DNA of 64,000 nt, taken from assembly GCA_902541175.1 (NCBI GenBank), contig CACBPP010000002.1, positions 14,581 through 78,580 of the forward strand, given 5' to 3'. This DNA is from an uncultured SAR86 cluster bacterium. GTDB lineage: Bacteria > Pseudomonadota > Gammaproteobacteria > Magnimaribacterales > D2472. Within the stretch, counting starts at the first letter, position 1. Every line of letters begins with the position of its first letter. The position numbers and the translations under genes are program-made. This document shows positions 40,616-49,590 of this stretch, in pieces. Under the pieces are notes generated by a model. That model was not told the DNA's origin, did not search any database, and saw only the letters and a program-made list of their open reading frames with translations.

Positions 40616-41293
40616 TCATTCACTAATATCTGATTTTATCAGACCATCCATTATAGTGATAATTCTCTTTGATTGCTGTGCAACACTATCTTCATGGGTT
40701 ATTAATATTATAGTTTGTCCTTTTTCATTTAAATCTTTAAAAATACTCATGACATCTTGGCCAGTTTTTGAATCTAAATTACCAGTAGGTTCATCAGCAA
40801 ATAAAATACTTGGTTTATTTACTAATGCTCTTGCAATAGCTACTCTTTGTTGTTGACCTCCAGAAAGCTCTGCAGGAGTGTGTTTTAATCTACTAGACAG
40901 TCCTACAAGATCTAAAACATCATTTGATCTTTTAATAGCTTCATCTTTGCCCATACCAGCATACTTCAAAGGTAACATAACATTTTCAAAAGCAGTATTT
41001 CTTGCTAATAAATGAAATGATTGAAAAACAAAACCTATTTCCTTATTTCTAATTCTAGCCAAATCATCATCATCTAAAACACTTACTGATTTGTTATTAA
41101 GATGATATGAACCGCTTGATGGAGAATCTAAACATCCTATTATATTCATTAATGTTGTCTTACCAGATCCTGACGGGCCCATAATTGAAACAAACTCTCC
41201 TTTTTCAACTGATAAATTTATACCTTTTAGAGCCTCTACAACTTGAGATCCAGCTTCATATACTTTGGTTAAATTTTCAGTTTTAATAATCAC
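40616..41293 (-). CDS. MacB/LolD-like ABC ATPase
   Basis: GPSGSGKTT, LSGGQQQRVAIARAL, ADEPTGNLD. Confidence 0.93.
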   Translation of the reverse strand: MIIKTENLTKVYEAGSQVVEALKGINLSVEKGEFVSIMGPSGSGKTTLMNIIGCLDSPSSGSYHLNNKSVSVLDDDDLARIRNKEIGFVFQSFHLLARNTAFENVMLPLKYAGMGKDEAIKRSNDVLDLVGLSSRLKHTPAELSGGQQQRVAIARALVNKPSILFADEPTGNLDSKTGQDVMSIFKDLNEKGQTIILITHEDSVAQQSKRIITIMDGLIKSDISE

Positions 41294-41339
41294 TTGTTAT
41301 ATGACAATATTAAATTGATTGAGTTCAATATAAGACTTT

Positions 41340-42548
41340 TTAGCCTCTAAGAGCATTTAAATATTCTAACCATGCCTTGCCCTGATCAGCATATTTCTTA
41401 CTTTGTGATGCTTCTATAAAAGAATCTTCGGCTTTTTTAAGATTCTTTTTTTCAAAGAATGCAATTCCAATCATTAGAGCGTGTTTACCATCATCTTGAA
41501 CTCCTATTTGTTCTGCCCTATTAATGCCAGTAATAACCTCGTCCCATTTAAACGCACTAAAAGCAATATTTATATATTGATTTACAAGCTTTTCATCTTT
41601 TGGATCCGCATTAAGAGATTTTTCAATTACTTCAAGAGATCTTGATCTTTCTTTAGCAAACAACCATGCATCTGAAAGCAACTTTGCATTTGCTTTATCA
41701 AATTCAATGTTATTATTTGATAAAGCAGTTTCTAAAACTTTCGCTGACATTGCTGGATTTTGTTTATACAAGTAAAAGCTTGCCAAATTTTGAAATTCTT
41801 CTGGCTTCTCAAGCAGTCCTTTCATGTAACTAACTTCAATCGTAGCAAGAGACAAGTCATATTTTTCAAGTATGTTATAAATAGCTGAAAGTTGAACATA
41901 ATATCTTTTATTATCAGGCTTATTTAATAATAACTCTTTTGCAGATATTTCAGCATTTAAAAAGTCTTCTCTGTTATATTCAATTGCAAACTTTAATTGG
42001 TACCAATCTTCTCTAAAAGCTGACGAAAGAGAAATTGCCAAATTAATATATTCATATGCAACATCGTAATTTTTTTCAGAAGCATAAATCAGTGCTGTTA
42101 TTGCATATACATTGTGCATTCCAGGAACAGGTTTAGGATTGGATTCAGCTTTTTCTATGAAATTTAATAATAAATCTTTTGCTTTTGAAATCTGCCCTTC
42201 GGCTGAGTATAGTTGAGCCATAGCTTGGACAAGAGAGGTAGCCTCAGCCAATGGAAGAGCATTCTCGTCATAAGCAGTTTGTAGCTTTTCTAAAGCTTCA
42301 TCAAATCTTTCTCGTTGATACAAAAAGAAGCCATATGTTCTTGCAATCACTGCTTTGTTATAAGATCTTGAACGCCAGTTTTTCTTATACCAGTATCTAA
42401 GAATATCCTCAGCTTCATCATATTTCTTTTCTTCAATTTTTGTATCAACTCTTGTTAGTTCCCAATATACAGTTTCATTTAAAACCTCTTCACTTGAAAG
42501 ATTAAAACTAATAATAAATATAAAAACTAAGACACTAAATTTTTTCAT
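41340..42548 (-). CDS. TPR protein of TonB2 system (TtpD-like)
   Basis: Signal peptide, helical repeats, last gene of the tonB operon. Confidence 0.72.
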   Translation of the reverse strand: MKKFSVLVFIFIISFNLSSEEVLNETVYWELTRVDTKIEEKKYDEAEDILRYWYKKNWRSRSYNKAVIARTYGFFLYQRERFDEALEKLQTAYDENALPLAEATSLVQAMAQLYSAEGQISKAKDLLLNFIEKAESNPKPVPGMHNVYAITALIYASEKNYDVAYEYINLAISLSSAFREDWYQLKFAIEYNREDFLNAEISAKELLLNKPDNKRYYVQLSAIYNILEKYDLSLATIEVSYMKGLLEKPEEFQNLASFYLYKQNPAMSAKVLETALSNNNIEFDKANAKLLSDAWLFAKERSRSLEVIEKSLNADPKDEKLVNQYINIAFSAFKWDEVITGINRAEQIGVQDDGKHALMIGIAFFEKKNLKKAEDSFIEASQSKKYADQGKAWLEYLNALRG

Positions 42549-42549
42549 A

Positions 42550-43161
42550 TTAAAACAATTTAAACTCTATTATCTGAGTACCATCTTGAGACACTGCAAC
42601 ACCGTTAACAACTTTAGGTTTAAACTTCCATTTTTTTATGGCTCTTAATGCAGATGAATCAAAAACTCTTGGAGGTTTAGATTCAACAACTTTCGGAGAA
42701 GAGACTGAGCCATCAGGCTCGACTGTAAATCTTACTTTTACCCAACCCTCAACACCAGCAAGTAATTCATTTCTAGGATATTGAGGATTAATCCTAACTA
42801 ATGGTATCACTTGTGAGTTTCCTCCTTGATTTTGTGGACCTAAAAATGCACCTTTAAAATCTGTAGGTATAGAAATATCAGGAAACTCTATATCAAGATT
42901 GGGTGCTTGAGGAGGAGCCTGAAGTTCAGGTGTTGGAAGATCTGGTGGAGGTGGTTTTTTTGGTGGTTCTGGTTTATCTGGAATGGCTCTTGTCTTTTCT
43001 TTCAAAGATGTATCTTTTTTTAATCTAATAAAGTCAACAACTCTAAAAGAATTTTCATTTTTTAAGGTTTCAGAGCTTGGTTTCACAATATAAGCTAAAA
43101 GCATAAAGAAAGTAATTGCTGAAAAAAAACCAACCAATTGACCTGAATACTTCTTAATCAT
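42550..43161 (-). CDS. tonB: energy transducer TonB
   Basis: TM anchor, Pro-rich linker PDKPEPPKKPPPP, PQYPR..EGWVKVRF, KWKFKP; ATG 43161 overlaps exbD stop. Confidence 0.92.
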   Translation of the reverse strand: MIKKYSGQLVGFFSAITFFMLLAYIVKPSSETLKNENSFRVVDFIRLKKDTSLKEKTRAIPDKPEPPKKPPPPDLPTPELQAPPQAPNLDIEFPDISIPTDFKGAFLGPQNQGGNSQVIPLVRINPQYPRNELLAGVEGWVKVRFTVEPDGSVSSPKVVESKPPRVFDSSALRAIKKWKFKPKVVNGVAVSQDGTQIIEFKLF

Positions 43162-43555
43162 TTTCCGCCGCAATTGAAATTTCAAGCACCCCAGCTAGTC
43201 TAATTTGATCCATAGCCTCTACAAGCAATCCTGTTTGTGATGCTTTATCAGCCTGTATAATAACTGCTCCCTCAGGATTTTCAGCTCTAAGTCGAATAAT
43301 ATTTGGTCTGATTGCTCTCAATTCAACCTTTCTTCTATCTATGTAAATTTCATTATTCTCTGAAATTGCAACCAAAATATTACCTTTTTCATTTCTTTCT
43401 GCTGTTTCAGCGTTAGGTCTATTAACCTCAATACCAGACTCTTTTACAAATGAAGTAGTAACGATAAAGAAAATTAACATGATAAAAACAATATCAAGCA
43501 TTGGAGTTAAATCTAATCCTGACTCTTCTTGATAAATCTTCTTTCTTCGTCTCAT
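43154..43555 (-). CDS. exbD: ExbD
   Basis: DLTPMLDIVFIMLIFFIVTTSF, IIQADK. Confidence 0.93.
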   Translation of the reverse strand: MRRRKKIYQEESGLDLTPMLDIVFIMLIFFIVTTSFVKESGIEVNRPNAETAERNEKGNILVAISENNEIYIDRRKVELRAIRPNIIRLRAENPEGAVIIQADKASQTGLLVEAMDQIRLAGVLEISIAAEND

Positions 43556-44043
43556 AGCTCTGATATTAATGATTGTGATTTACTGTTTAGTACCGTATAA
43601 GTTAATAAACCTACGATACTTATTGCCATACCTGTCATAGTTGGTAAAGTAGCCTTTGTTATACCGGAAGCAAGTGCTCTAGCATTACCGGTTCCAAAGA
43701 ATGAAACAACATCAAAAACTTCAATCATCCCTGTTACAGTACCTAATAATCCAAGAACTGGACATAAAGCAATAAGTGTTTGAATAATGTAAAAATCTTT
43801 AGTTATTAGATTTTTAAAATCACACTTAAGAGCAGATAAATTTAAAGAATATAATTGATCTTTTTCAAGACTAAGTAAATTTTGCTTATATTCAGCTTTT
43901 AATATTTCTATATCTGAAAATAAAAATTTAAATTTTGCAGAAATTAAAATAAACAAATAAATGCTAATAAAAAATAATATTAAAACAACAGGTCCACCTT
44001 GATTGATAAAATTTGTATAAGTTTTGAAAACTTCGCCAATCAT
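43552..44043 (-). CDS. exbB: ExbB (MotA/TolQ/ExbB)
   Basis: PVLGLLGTVTGMI, GITKATLPTMTG. Confidence 0.88.
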   Translation of the reverse strand: MIGEVFKTYTNFINQGGPVVLILFFISIYLFILISAKFKFLFSDIEILKAEYKQNLLSLEKDQLYSLNLSALKCDFKNLITKDFYIIQTLIALCPVLGLLGTVTGMIEVFDVVSFFGTGNARALASGITKATLPTMTGMAISIVGLLTYTVLNSKSQSLISEL

Positions 44044-45398
44044 TTCTTTGTTTTGTTTGCGACAATGCCAGATGCTTTTTCTTCAAGGAAAGAGATAATT
44101 GTTTTGGAATAGTTTTCTGCATACGAATGCATAAACAATAAAGGTGCAGCAACAATCAATCCAAGCATTGTAGTAACTAATGCCTGAGAAATACCACCAG
44201 CCATTAACTTAGGGTCACCAGTACCAAATAAAGTTATGGCTTGAAAGGTTTCAATCATACCAATAACCGTACCCAGAAGACCAAGCAATGGTGCAACCGT
44301 AGCAATAAGTTTGATAGCTTTAACTCTAATTTCAATAGAAGGTGTAATAGATTGAATTTTTTCATCTAATATTAACTCAAGCGAATCAAGTGATTCGTTG
44401 ACATTATCCTTGGCAGTTTTCAGTAAAGTTCCAAGAAGATTTCCTTCGATAATATTTTCGCTTTTTTCTTGTTTTTGAATGCTTTCAAGTGTATTTCTTA
44501 AAACATATATCCTCTCACTTGCTAAAGCAACTCCACCTAATCCAAGTAAGATAATTACATATCCAACAAACCCACCATCCGCAATTCTTTGAAAAAAAGT
44601 TTTCTTTTGAATAAGTTTATCTAAAATAGCTCCTCTAGTTGGATCAATGTCGACTTCGAAAACTCCCTCAGAACTATTTTGCAACTGTTTTAATTTTCTT
44701 TTACTTACTCCAGCAGGTTGAGAAGGTAAAAATTCTATTTGGTTAGTATCTATTAGATGTTTTAAAAAACTCCCGTTTTGAGTTAATGAAAATGTTCCAA
44801 TTCTAAGAACCTCAAGTTCACTATTATCTCCATCAGCAGATAAAACTTTAGTCTTAAAAGTTGTAATAGTTTCAGCATTTCTAATCTCTTTTACCAACTC
44901 TACCCAAAGTGAAGAAATATCTGATAAATCAGGCAATTTTTTTGACTCTGATAAGTTTTTTAAAAATAAGTCTCTATCAGGATTATCAATATTAGTAATA
45001 GAGTTTTTAAACTCGCCTCTAGTTTGACCAGAAACTTGTTTAACAACACCAAACATTTCACCAAGATTTCCTAGCTTTAAAGTAAGTTTTTCTTCAAGCT
45101 CAGATAGTTGCTTTTCATTTTCATCGAACTCTGCAATCAATCTTACAGAAAGGTCTTCAGCTGTCTTGAGGTCGGATTTAAGTTTGTTATTAATTTTTTT
45201 GAGGTCGTTTAATTGTTTTTCCTTAGAATTAGATCTGCTAAAGTCAAATCTTTTTTCAACATCAATCTCTGATTCTATATCAATAATTAATTGTTCTAAT
45301 TTAGAAGGAGCTTCTTCAAGAGAACCATCGTTTGATTCTTGAGAAACAATATTAAAATTCAAAATCAATAATGGAGCGAGTAATAGATATTTATTCAT
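44040..45398 (-). CDS. TtpC-like long MotA/TolQ/ExbB protein
   Basis: Signal peptide, coiled coil, LGEMFG, RIGTF, DPTRG, APLLGLLGTVIGMIETFQ, GGISQALVTTMLGL. Confidence 0.87.
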   Translation of the reverse strand: MNKYLLLAPLLILNFNIVSQESNDGSLEEAPSKLEQLIIDIESEIDVEKRFDFSRSNSKEKQLNDLKKINNKLKSDLKTAEDLSVRLIAEFDENEKQLSELEEKLTLKLGNLGEMFGVVKQVSGQTRGEFKNSITNIDNPDRDLFLKNLSESKKLPDLSDISSLWVELVKEIRNAETITTFKTKVLSADGDNSELEVLRIGTFSLTQNGSFLKHLIDTNQIEFLPSQPAGVSKRKLKQLQNSSEGVFEVDIDPTRGAILDKLIQKKTFFQRIADGGFVGYVIILLGLGGVALASERIYVLRNTLESIQKQEKSENIIEGNLLGTLLKTAKDNVNESLDSLELILDEKIQSITPSIEIRVKAIKLIATVAPLLGLLGTVIGMIETFQAITLFGTGDPKLMAGGISQALVTTMLGLIVAAPLLFMHSYAENYSKTIISFLEEKASGIVANKTKK

Positions 45399-46171
45399 TA
45401 TATTCTCTCCACTGGAAGCTTGAGCAATGAAGGCGGCAACTCCTTTCTTGCAATTTTTAATGCAACAACCAATTCATTATCAATTCCTCTTTTCTTGATC
45501 CATTTGCCCTGACTTTTACTGTACATAGCAGTATTTTTCCCATCTGAGGTTCTTGCATATAAACCAACTCTTCCAAGCCTGAATACCTCAACATTGAATG
45601 TTTCTGAATCAATTAGAATTTCATCTCTGTAAGCTTCAATAGTTCTGCCATATTCATTTTCTATTTGATATGCTTCAAATACTCTTCTAAATTTTTCTGA
45701 AGTAGAAACATTTGATTGAACCAAGATATCTTTTAAGTCATCAATTCGAGAAAGTCTTTCAGTTAACAAAAAAGGAGTATCATTTTCTACAATTGAGCTT
45801 AAAGTGTTAACCATTTCTTCAAGTTTAGGAAGAATACCCCTATTCGTTTTGTCTAATTCGGCCATTTGCTCATTAATTGAAACTATTTCAGCCTCTTGAG
45901 ATTCAATTAATTCTTGTAGTTGTCTATTGTATATGTTGGTTAAATCAAGCTGTTGAGATAAAAACTGTATATCTCCTATTAATATGATAATTTGATTATC
46001 AATATTATCTATATATGATTGCCTATCAGCTGCTGCATTTGATGATGAAGCCTCTATTTCAATGGCTTTTTCCATTAACTCTCTATCATTAACAGTCTCA
46101 TCTTGATTTGTTTCTTGTCCAACCAAAAATGGAACGGTTAAAAGAGTAATAAATATCTTTTTTATATCCAT
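45398..46171 (-). CDS. DUF3450 family protein (TtpB-like)
   Basis: DTPFLLTER, SEKFRRVFEAYQIENEYGR, RLGRVGLY. Confidence 0.87.
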   Translation of the reverse strand: MDIKKIFITLLTVPFLVGQETNQDETVNDRELMEKAIEIEASSSNAAADRQSYIDNIDNQIIILIGDIQFLSQQLDLTNIYNRQLQELIESQEAEIVSINEQMAELDKTNRGILPKLEEMVNTLSSIVENDTPFLLTERLSRIDDLKDILVQSNVSTSEKFRRVFEAYQIENEYGRTIEAYRDEILIDSETFNVEVFRLGRVGLYARTSDGKNTAMYSKSQGKWIKKRGIDNELVVALKIARKELPPSLLKLPVERI

Positions 46172-46221
46172 AATATGTACCTAATTATATTAGATATTTG
46201 TAAAAACTTCAGTTTTATAAA

Positions 46222-46247
46222 AAAATCCCCTCAAATGAGGGGATTTT
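46222..46247 (-). terminator. intrinsic terminator after TBDR
   Basis: AAAATCCCCTC-AAAT-GAGGGGATTTT with A tract on plus strand (U tract on minus). Confidence 0.85.
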
Positions 46248-46263
46248 AAAGCTCTATTTTGTC

Positions 46264-49200
46264 TTAGAATGTATACCTATATGTTAAGAACAACTCTCTA
46301 CCCACTGGTGAGTAGTAGTATGTAGCAAACCAAGGCCATCCAAGGTCAACATTCTTTTCAGGAATATCATCCATTAAGTTTGAAACACTTAGGGCAACAA
46401 AATGACCATCATCGAAATCATATCTAACAAATGATCCAATGTCATAATAAGGATCTATTTTTCTTGGATTACCATAACTATTTGGCCCTCTTTCATTCCA
46501 AGTACTTGAATAGTTCATAGAACCAATTCTAGAAGTACTAATACCAGCAGCCCAGTCATTTTTTGTCCAACTAAATGACAAATAACTTCTTGATCTTAAT
46601 CTTCTTTCTTGATCCATAATTGATTCAAGTGGAGCAGATGCGTCTACAGCTCTTCTTTCGTCATCAACGTAAGCAATAGATAAAGACACAAAGAAATCAC
46701 CAGCATTATCTGTTAAGAATCTTGAGCTAAGAGCTAGGTCAGCACCTCTATAGTATCTTGTTGCACCGTTAATATATCCATATTTAACAGTATCGATACC
46801 ACCTTCAGGAGGTGTCTCTCCCTCGAATGTTCCGCCACCTTGTGGTTGCCACTCAGCACCACGAATAACGCTTGCGTATATATCAGCACAATATGATGCA
46901 CCATAGGAGTATCCAGGTGTATTAATGCCATCTTCTTGTGCTTTACAAATCATCTCATCAATAAGGACTTGTGTTGAGCTTGTAGAAACAACAATATTTT
47001 CAAGTTCTAACTCAACAAAGTCTAATGTCATATCCATTTTAACCTTTGATGAATCAACGAGATCAACAACAAAACCTAAATTATATTGCTCACCATCTTC
47101 AGCTCTAAGATTTAGATTACCAGATGAACTAAGAGTTGCATTTAGCTGAGTATATTTATCAGCTAGACAGTTTGTGCCGTCAAGATTCACAACACCTTCG
47201 TTATAATATCTACCATAGTAGTCACAAGGTGTTCCAAAAGAACCAGACTCGCCTTTATAAATATATGGCAAACTTGGTGCAGCAAATGACTCACCCCAGC
47301 CAGCTCTTATCATCATATTTTCAGTTGCATTCCAAGTGAATGAGAATTGGTCAGTACTTCTGTCACCAATTTGAGTAGAAAGCTCATCATAGCTATCGTA
47401 TCTTCTGGCTGCATAAAGATTGAAATCAGCTGTTACAGGAATAGAAAACTCAACCGCATAAGATTCTCTACTTCTTTCACCACCACCTCTTGTAGTGGAT
47501 CTACCCCAGATATCATCATCAAGGAATGTCTGATCAGGTTTAATATTGTAATCAGTAGTTGTATCGTCTAAGTGAAGAGCAAAACCTACTGGTCCTGCAG
47601 GTAATGTAAATAAATCACCAGTCACATTAAACTGAACTGATTCTGAGCTAGAATCACCATTGATGTATGCCATTTTCCATAGTCCGTATGATTCAGCAAG
47701 AGTGACATCACCCCAGAAAGTATCTGGGTTAAATATACCAAATCCAAATCTACCACTTACACAACTACTTGCATATGCTGTATTAGCGGCAGCTCCGCAT
47801 GACCATCTTTCAAGACCTGATTCTGTAACCTCAAGACCACCACGAGTAAAATTGTATTCATCATTTACAATGGCTAATTCCCAATCCCAAATTGAATCTC
47901 TGAAATCAAAATTACCATTTGCAGCTATAGTATATGAAATAGTATCTTCGTCATATACTCCCTGCCATTCACTTTCAGGGAAAAATCTTTGTCCTTGAAG
48001 ATATGCACCACCAAATCTAAACATTGCTGGAGAAAAAGTTCTATCAGTTCCTGTATAGTAAACGTTTCCAGCACCGTCAGCAGCAAGCGTTCCGTCTTCA
48101 AGAACAACACCACCAGTTGCGTAGTAGTTTTGAATAACAAATTTCGGTCTGCTAACACTGTCAACTTCAGTTTCCCAGTAATGAACGTCAGCTGTTATTT
48201 GAACACCGTTATCAAAATTATAAGTACCAGCAACATATATAGATGCATTGTCTGAACCATTTCTTATAGTAGACCATTTACCATTATCAAGATTACAGTA
48301 ATTGAAGTTGTCACCATATGTAGATCTGCCTAATGCATCCCATGTTTTTCCAGTAATTGGATCTGTGTAATCACTAGCGCCCCAACCGTAATTCTGCATT
48401 GAATCTGTTCTCATGTTTAGATCTTCACAAGTTGTAGTAGCACCAGAATTAGTTGGTAATAATGCGTAACCAGAATAACCCCTAGAACCTAGATAACCAG
48501 CCCATGTACCATAGTGGTAATACCCAACTGGCTCATCATAAATGTCATCAAGTTGTTCTCTGTCTGTTCCACGTAGGGGATTTACAGTGGATAAATCTAT
48601 ACCATAGACCATACTGCCGTTATCAAAGTATTTACCACCACTTATTTCAATATTTACAGACTCACCTGCAGATCTATTTGTAAATGGTTGATGTGCGCCT
48701 ACTCTTGCTTGCACAGCAAATTCTTCCATACCGTCAACTAATATTACGTTAACAACACCAGCAACAGCATCTGCGCCATAAACAGCAGAAGCACCTGATG
48801 TTAAAATTTCAATTCTCTCAACAATACCAATTGGTATTCTGTTCCAGTTAAATGAAGCATCTCCATCACCCTGAGGATATGGATAATTGGCTCTTCTTTT
48901 ACCATTAACTAAAACCAAGGTTCTACCAGGTCCAAAATCTCTTAGGTTAAGTTGGTTGTTTGAAGCATTGTTATTACCTCCACCTAAACCATCCATGACC
49001 GTTTGACCTGTATTCTGAGCAACAGAAGCAACAGCTTCATAAACTGACAAGAAACCACCTTGATCAATATCATCACTTGTTATAACAACAAGTGGCTGAG
49101 GTCCCTCTATATCAGTTCTTTTAATTCTAGAACCAGTAACGCTTATTTTTGATAGTTCAACTTCATCACCACTAGCAGATGCACTTGAAGAGCTTGTATC

Positions 49201-49362
49201 AGATGAACTTGACTCTACTACAGCCTCACTAGCTACTTCTTCAGTTGATTCAGCTACTTCAGCTGGTGCAGCGACTACTTCACCTGGATTATCAGCATAT
49301 ATAACTGATGTGAATCCAACTGCCAGTAAAGCTGCAAGAAAAGTAATTTTAAGTTTTAACAT
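46264..49362 (-). CDS. TonB-dependent receptor (1032 aa, Cys-pair loops)
   Basis: Signal peptide, acidic/Ser linker, ISVTGSRIKR, VERIEILTSGASAVYGADAVAGVVN, GRELFLTYRYTF. Confidence 0.94.
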   Translation of the reverse strand: MLKLKITFLAALLAVGFTSVIYADNPGEVVAAPAEVAESTEEVASEAVVESSSSDTSSSSASASGDEVELSKISVTGSRIKRTDIEGPQPLVVITSDDIDQGGFLSVYEAVASVAQNTGQTVMDGLGGGNNNASNNQLNLRDFGPGRTLVLVNGKRRANYPYPQGDGDASFNWNRIPIGIVERIEILTSGASAVYGADAVAGVVNVILVDGMEEFAVQARVGAHQPFTNRSAGESVNIEISGGKYFDNGSMVYGIDLSTVNPLRGTDREQLDDIYDEPVGYYHYGTWAGYLGSRGYSGYALLPTNSGATTTCEDLNMRTDSMQNYGWGASDYTDPITGKTWDALGRSTYGDNFNYCNLDNGKWSTIRNGSDNASIYVAGTYNFDNGVQITADVHYWETEVDSVSRPKFVIQNYYATGGVVLEDGTLAADGAGNVYYTGTDRTFSPAMFRFGGAYLQGQRFFPESEWQGVYDEDTISYTIAANGNFDFRDSIWDWELAIVNDEYNFTRGGLEVTESGLERWSCGAAANTAYASSCVSGRFGFGIFNPDTFWGDVTLAESYGLWKMAYINGDSSSESVQFNVTGDLFTLPAGPVGFALHLDDTTTDYNIKPDQTFLDDDIWGRSTTRGGGERSRESYAVEFSIPVTADFNLYAARRYDSYDELSTQIGDRSTDQFSFTWNATENMMIRAGWGESFAAPSLPYIYKGESGSFGTPCDYYGRYYNEGVVNLDGTNCLADKYTQLNATLSSSGNLNLRAEDGEQYNLGFVVDLVDSSKVKMDMTLDFVELELENIVVSTSSTQVLIDEMICKAQEDGINTPGYSYGASYCADIYASVIRGAEWQPQGGGTFEGETPPEGGIDTVKYGYINGATRYYRGADLALSSRFLTDNAGDFFVSLSIAYVDDERRAVDASAPLESIMDQERRLRSRSYLSFSWTKNDWAAGISTSRIGSMNYSSTWNERGPNSYGNPRKIDPYYDIGSFVRYDFDDGHFVALSVSNLMDDIPEKNVDLGWPWFATYYYSPVGRELFLTYRYTF

Positions 49363-49379
49363 AATATTATCCCCATAAA

Positions 49380-49530
49380 AAATATGTAATTCAGACTATT
49401 ATTCATTAAATATTGGAAATGTGCAAACATTTTAATTCTTATTAAAAACAATAAAATATGTATAAATATGTATATAAAAACACTTAATTTAGAAACAAAT
49501 TATTACTAAAATATGTATAATTGTTTTAAT
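49380..49530. repeat. AAATATGTAT repeats in divergent promoter
   Basis: Exact copies at 49454, 49464, 49509; AAATATGTAA at 49380. Confidence 0.5.
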
Positions 49531-49590
49531 AAATTTCAAATTAGCTGTAATTTGATAAATCAAAATTTTCACTAAACATTAAGGATAATT

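Noticed and set aside
46734-48255. Cluster of short alternative-frame ORFs inside the large TBDR
   Set aside because: Expected shadows of a long, less AT-biased gene; the same applies to the other short nested ORFs in the track.
49190-49290. Ser/Glu/Ala low-complexity stretch in the TBDR N-terminus as a repeat element
   Set aside because: Ordinary flexible linker between signal peptide and TonB box.
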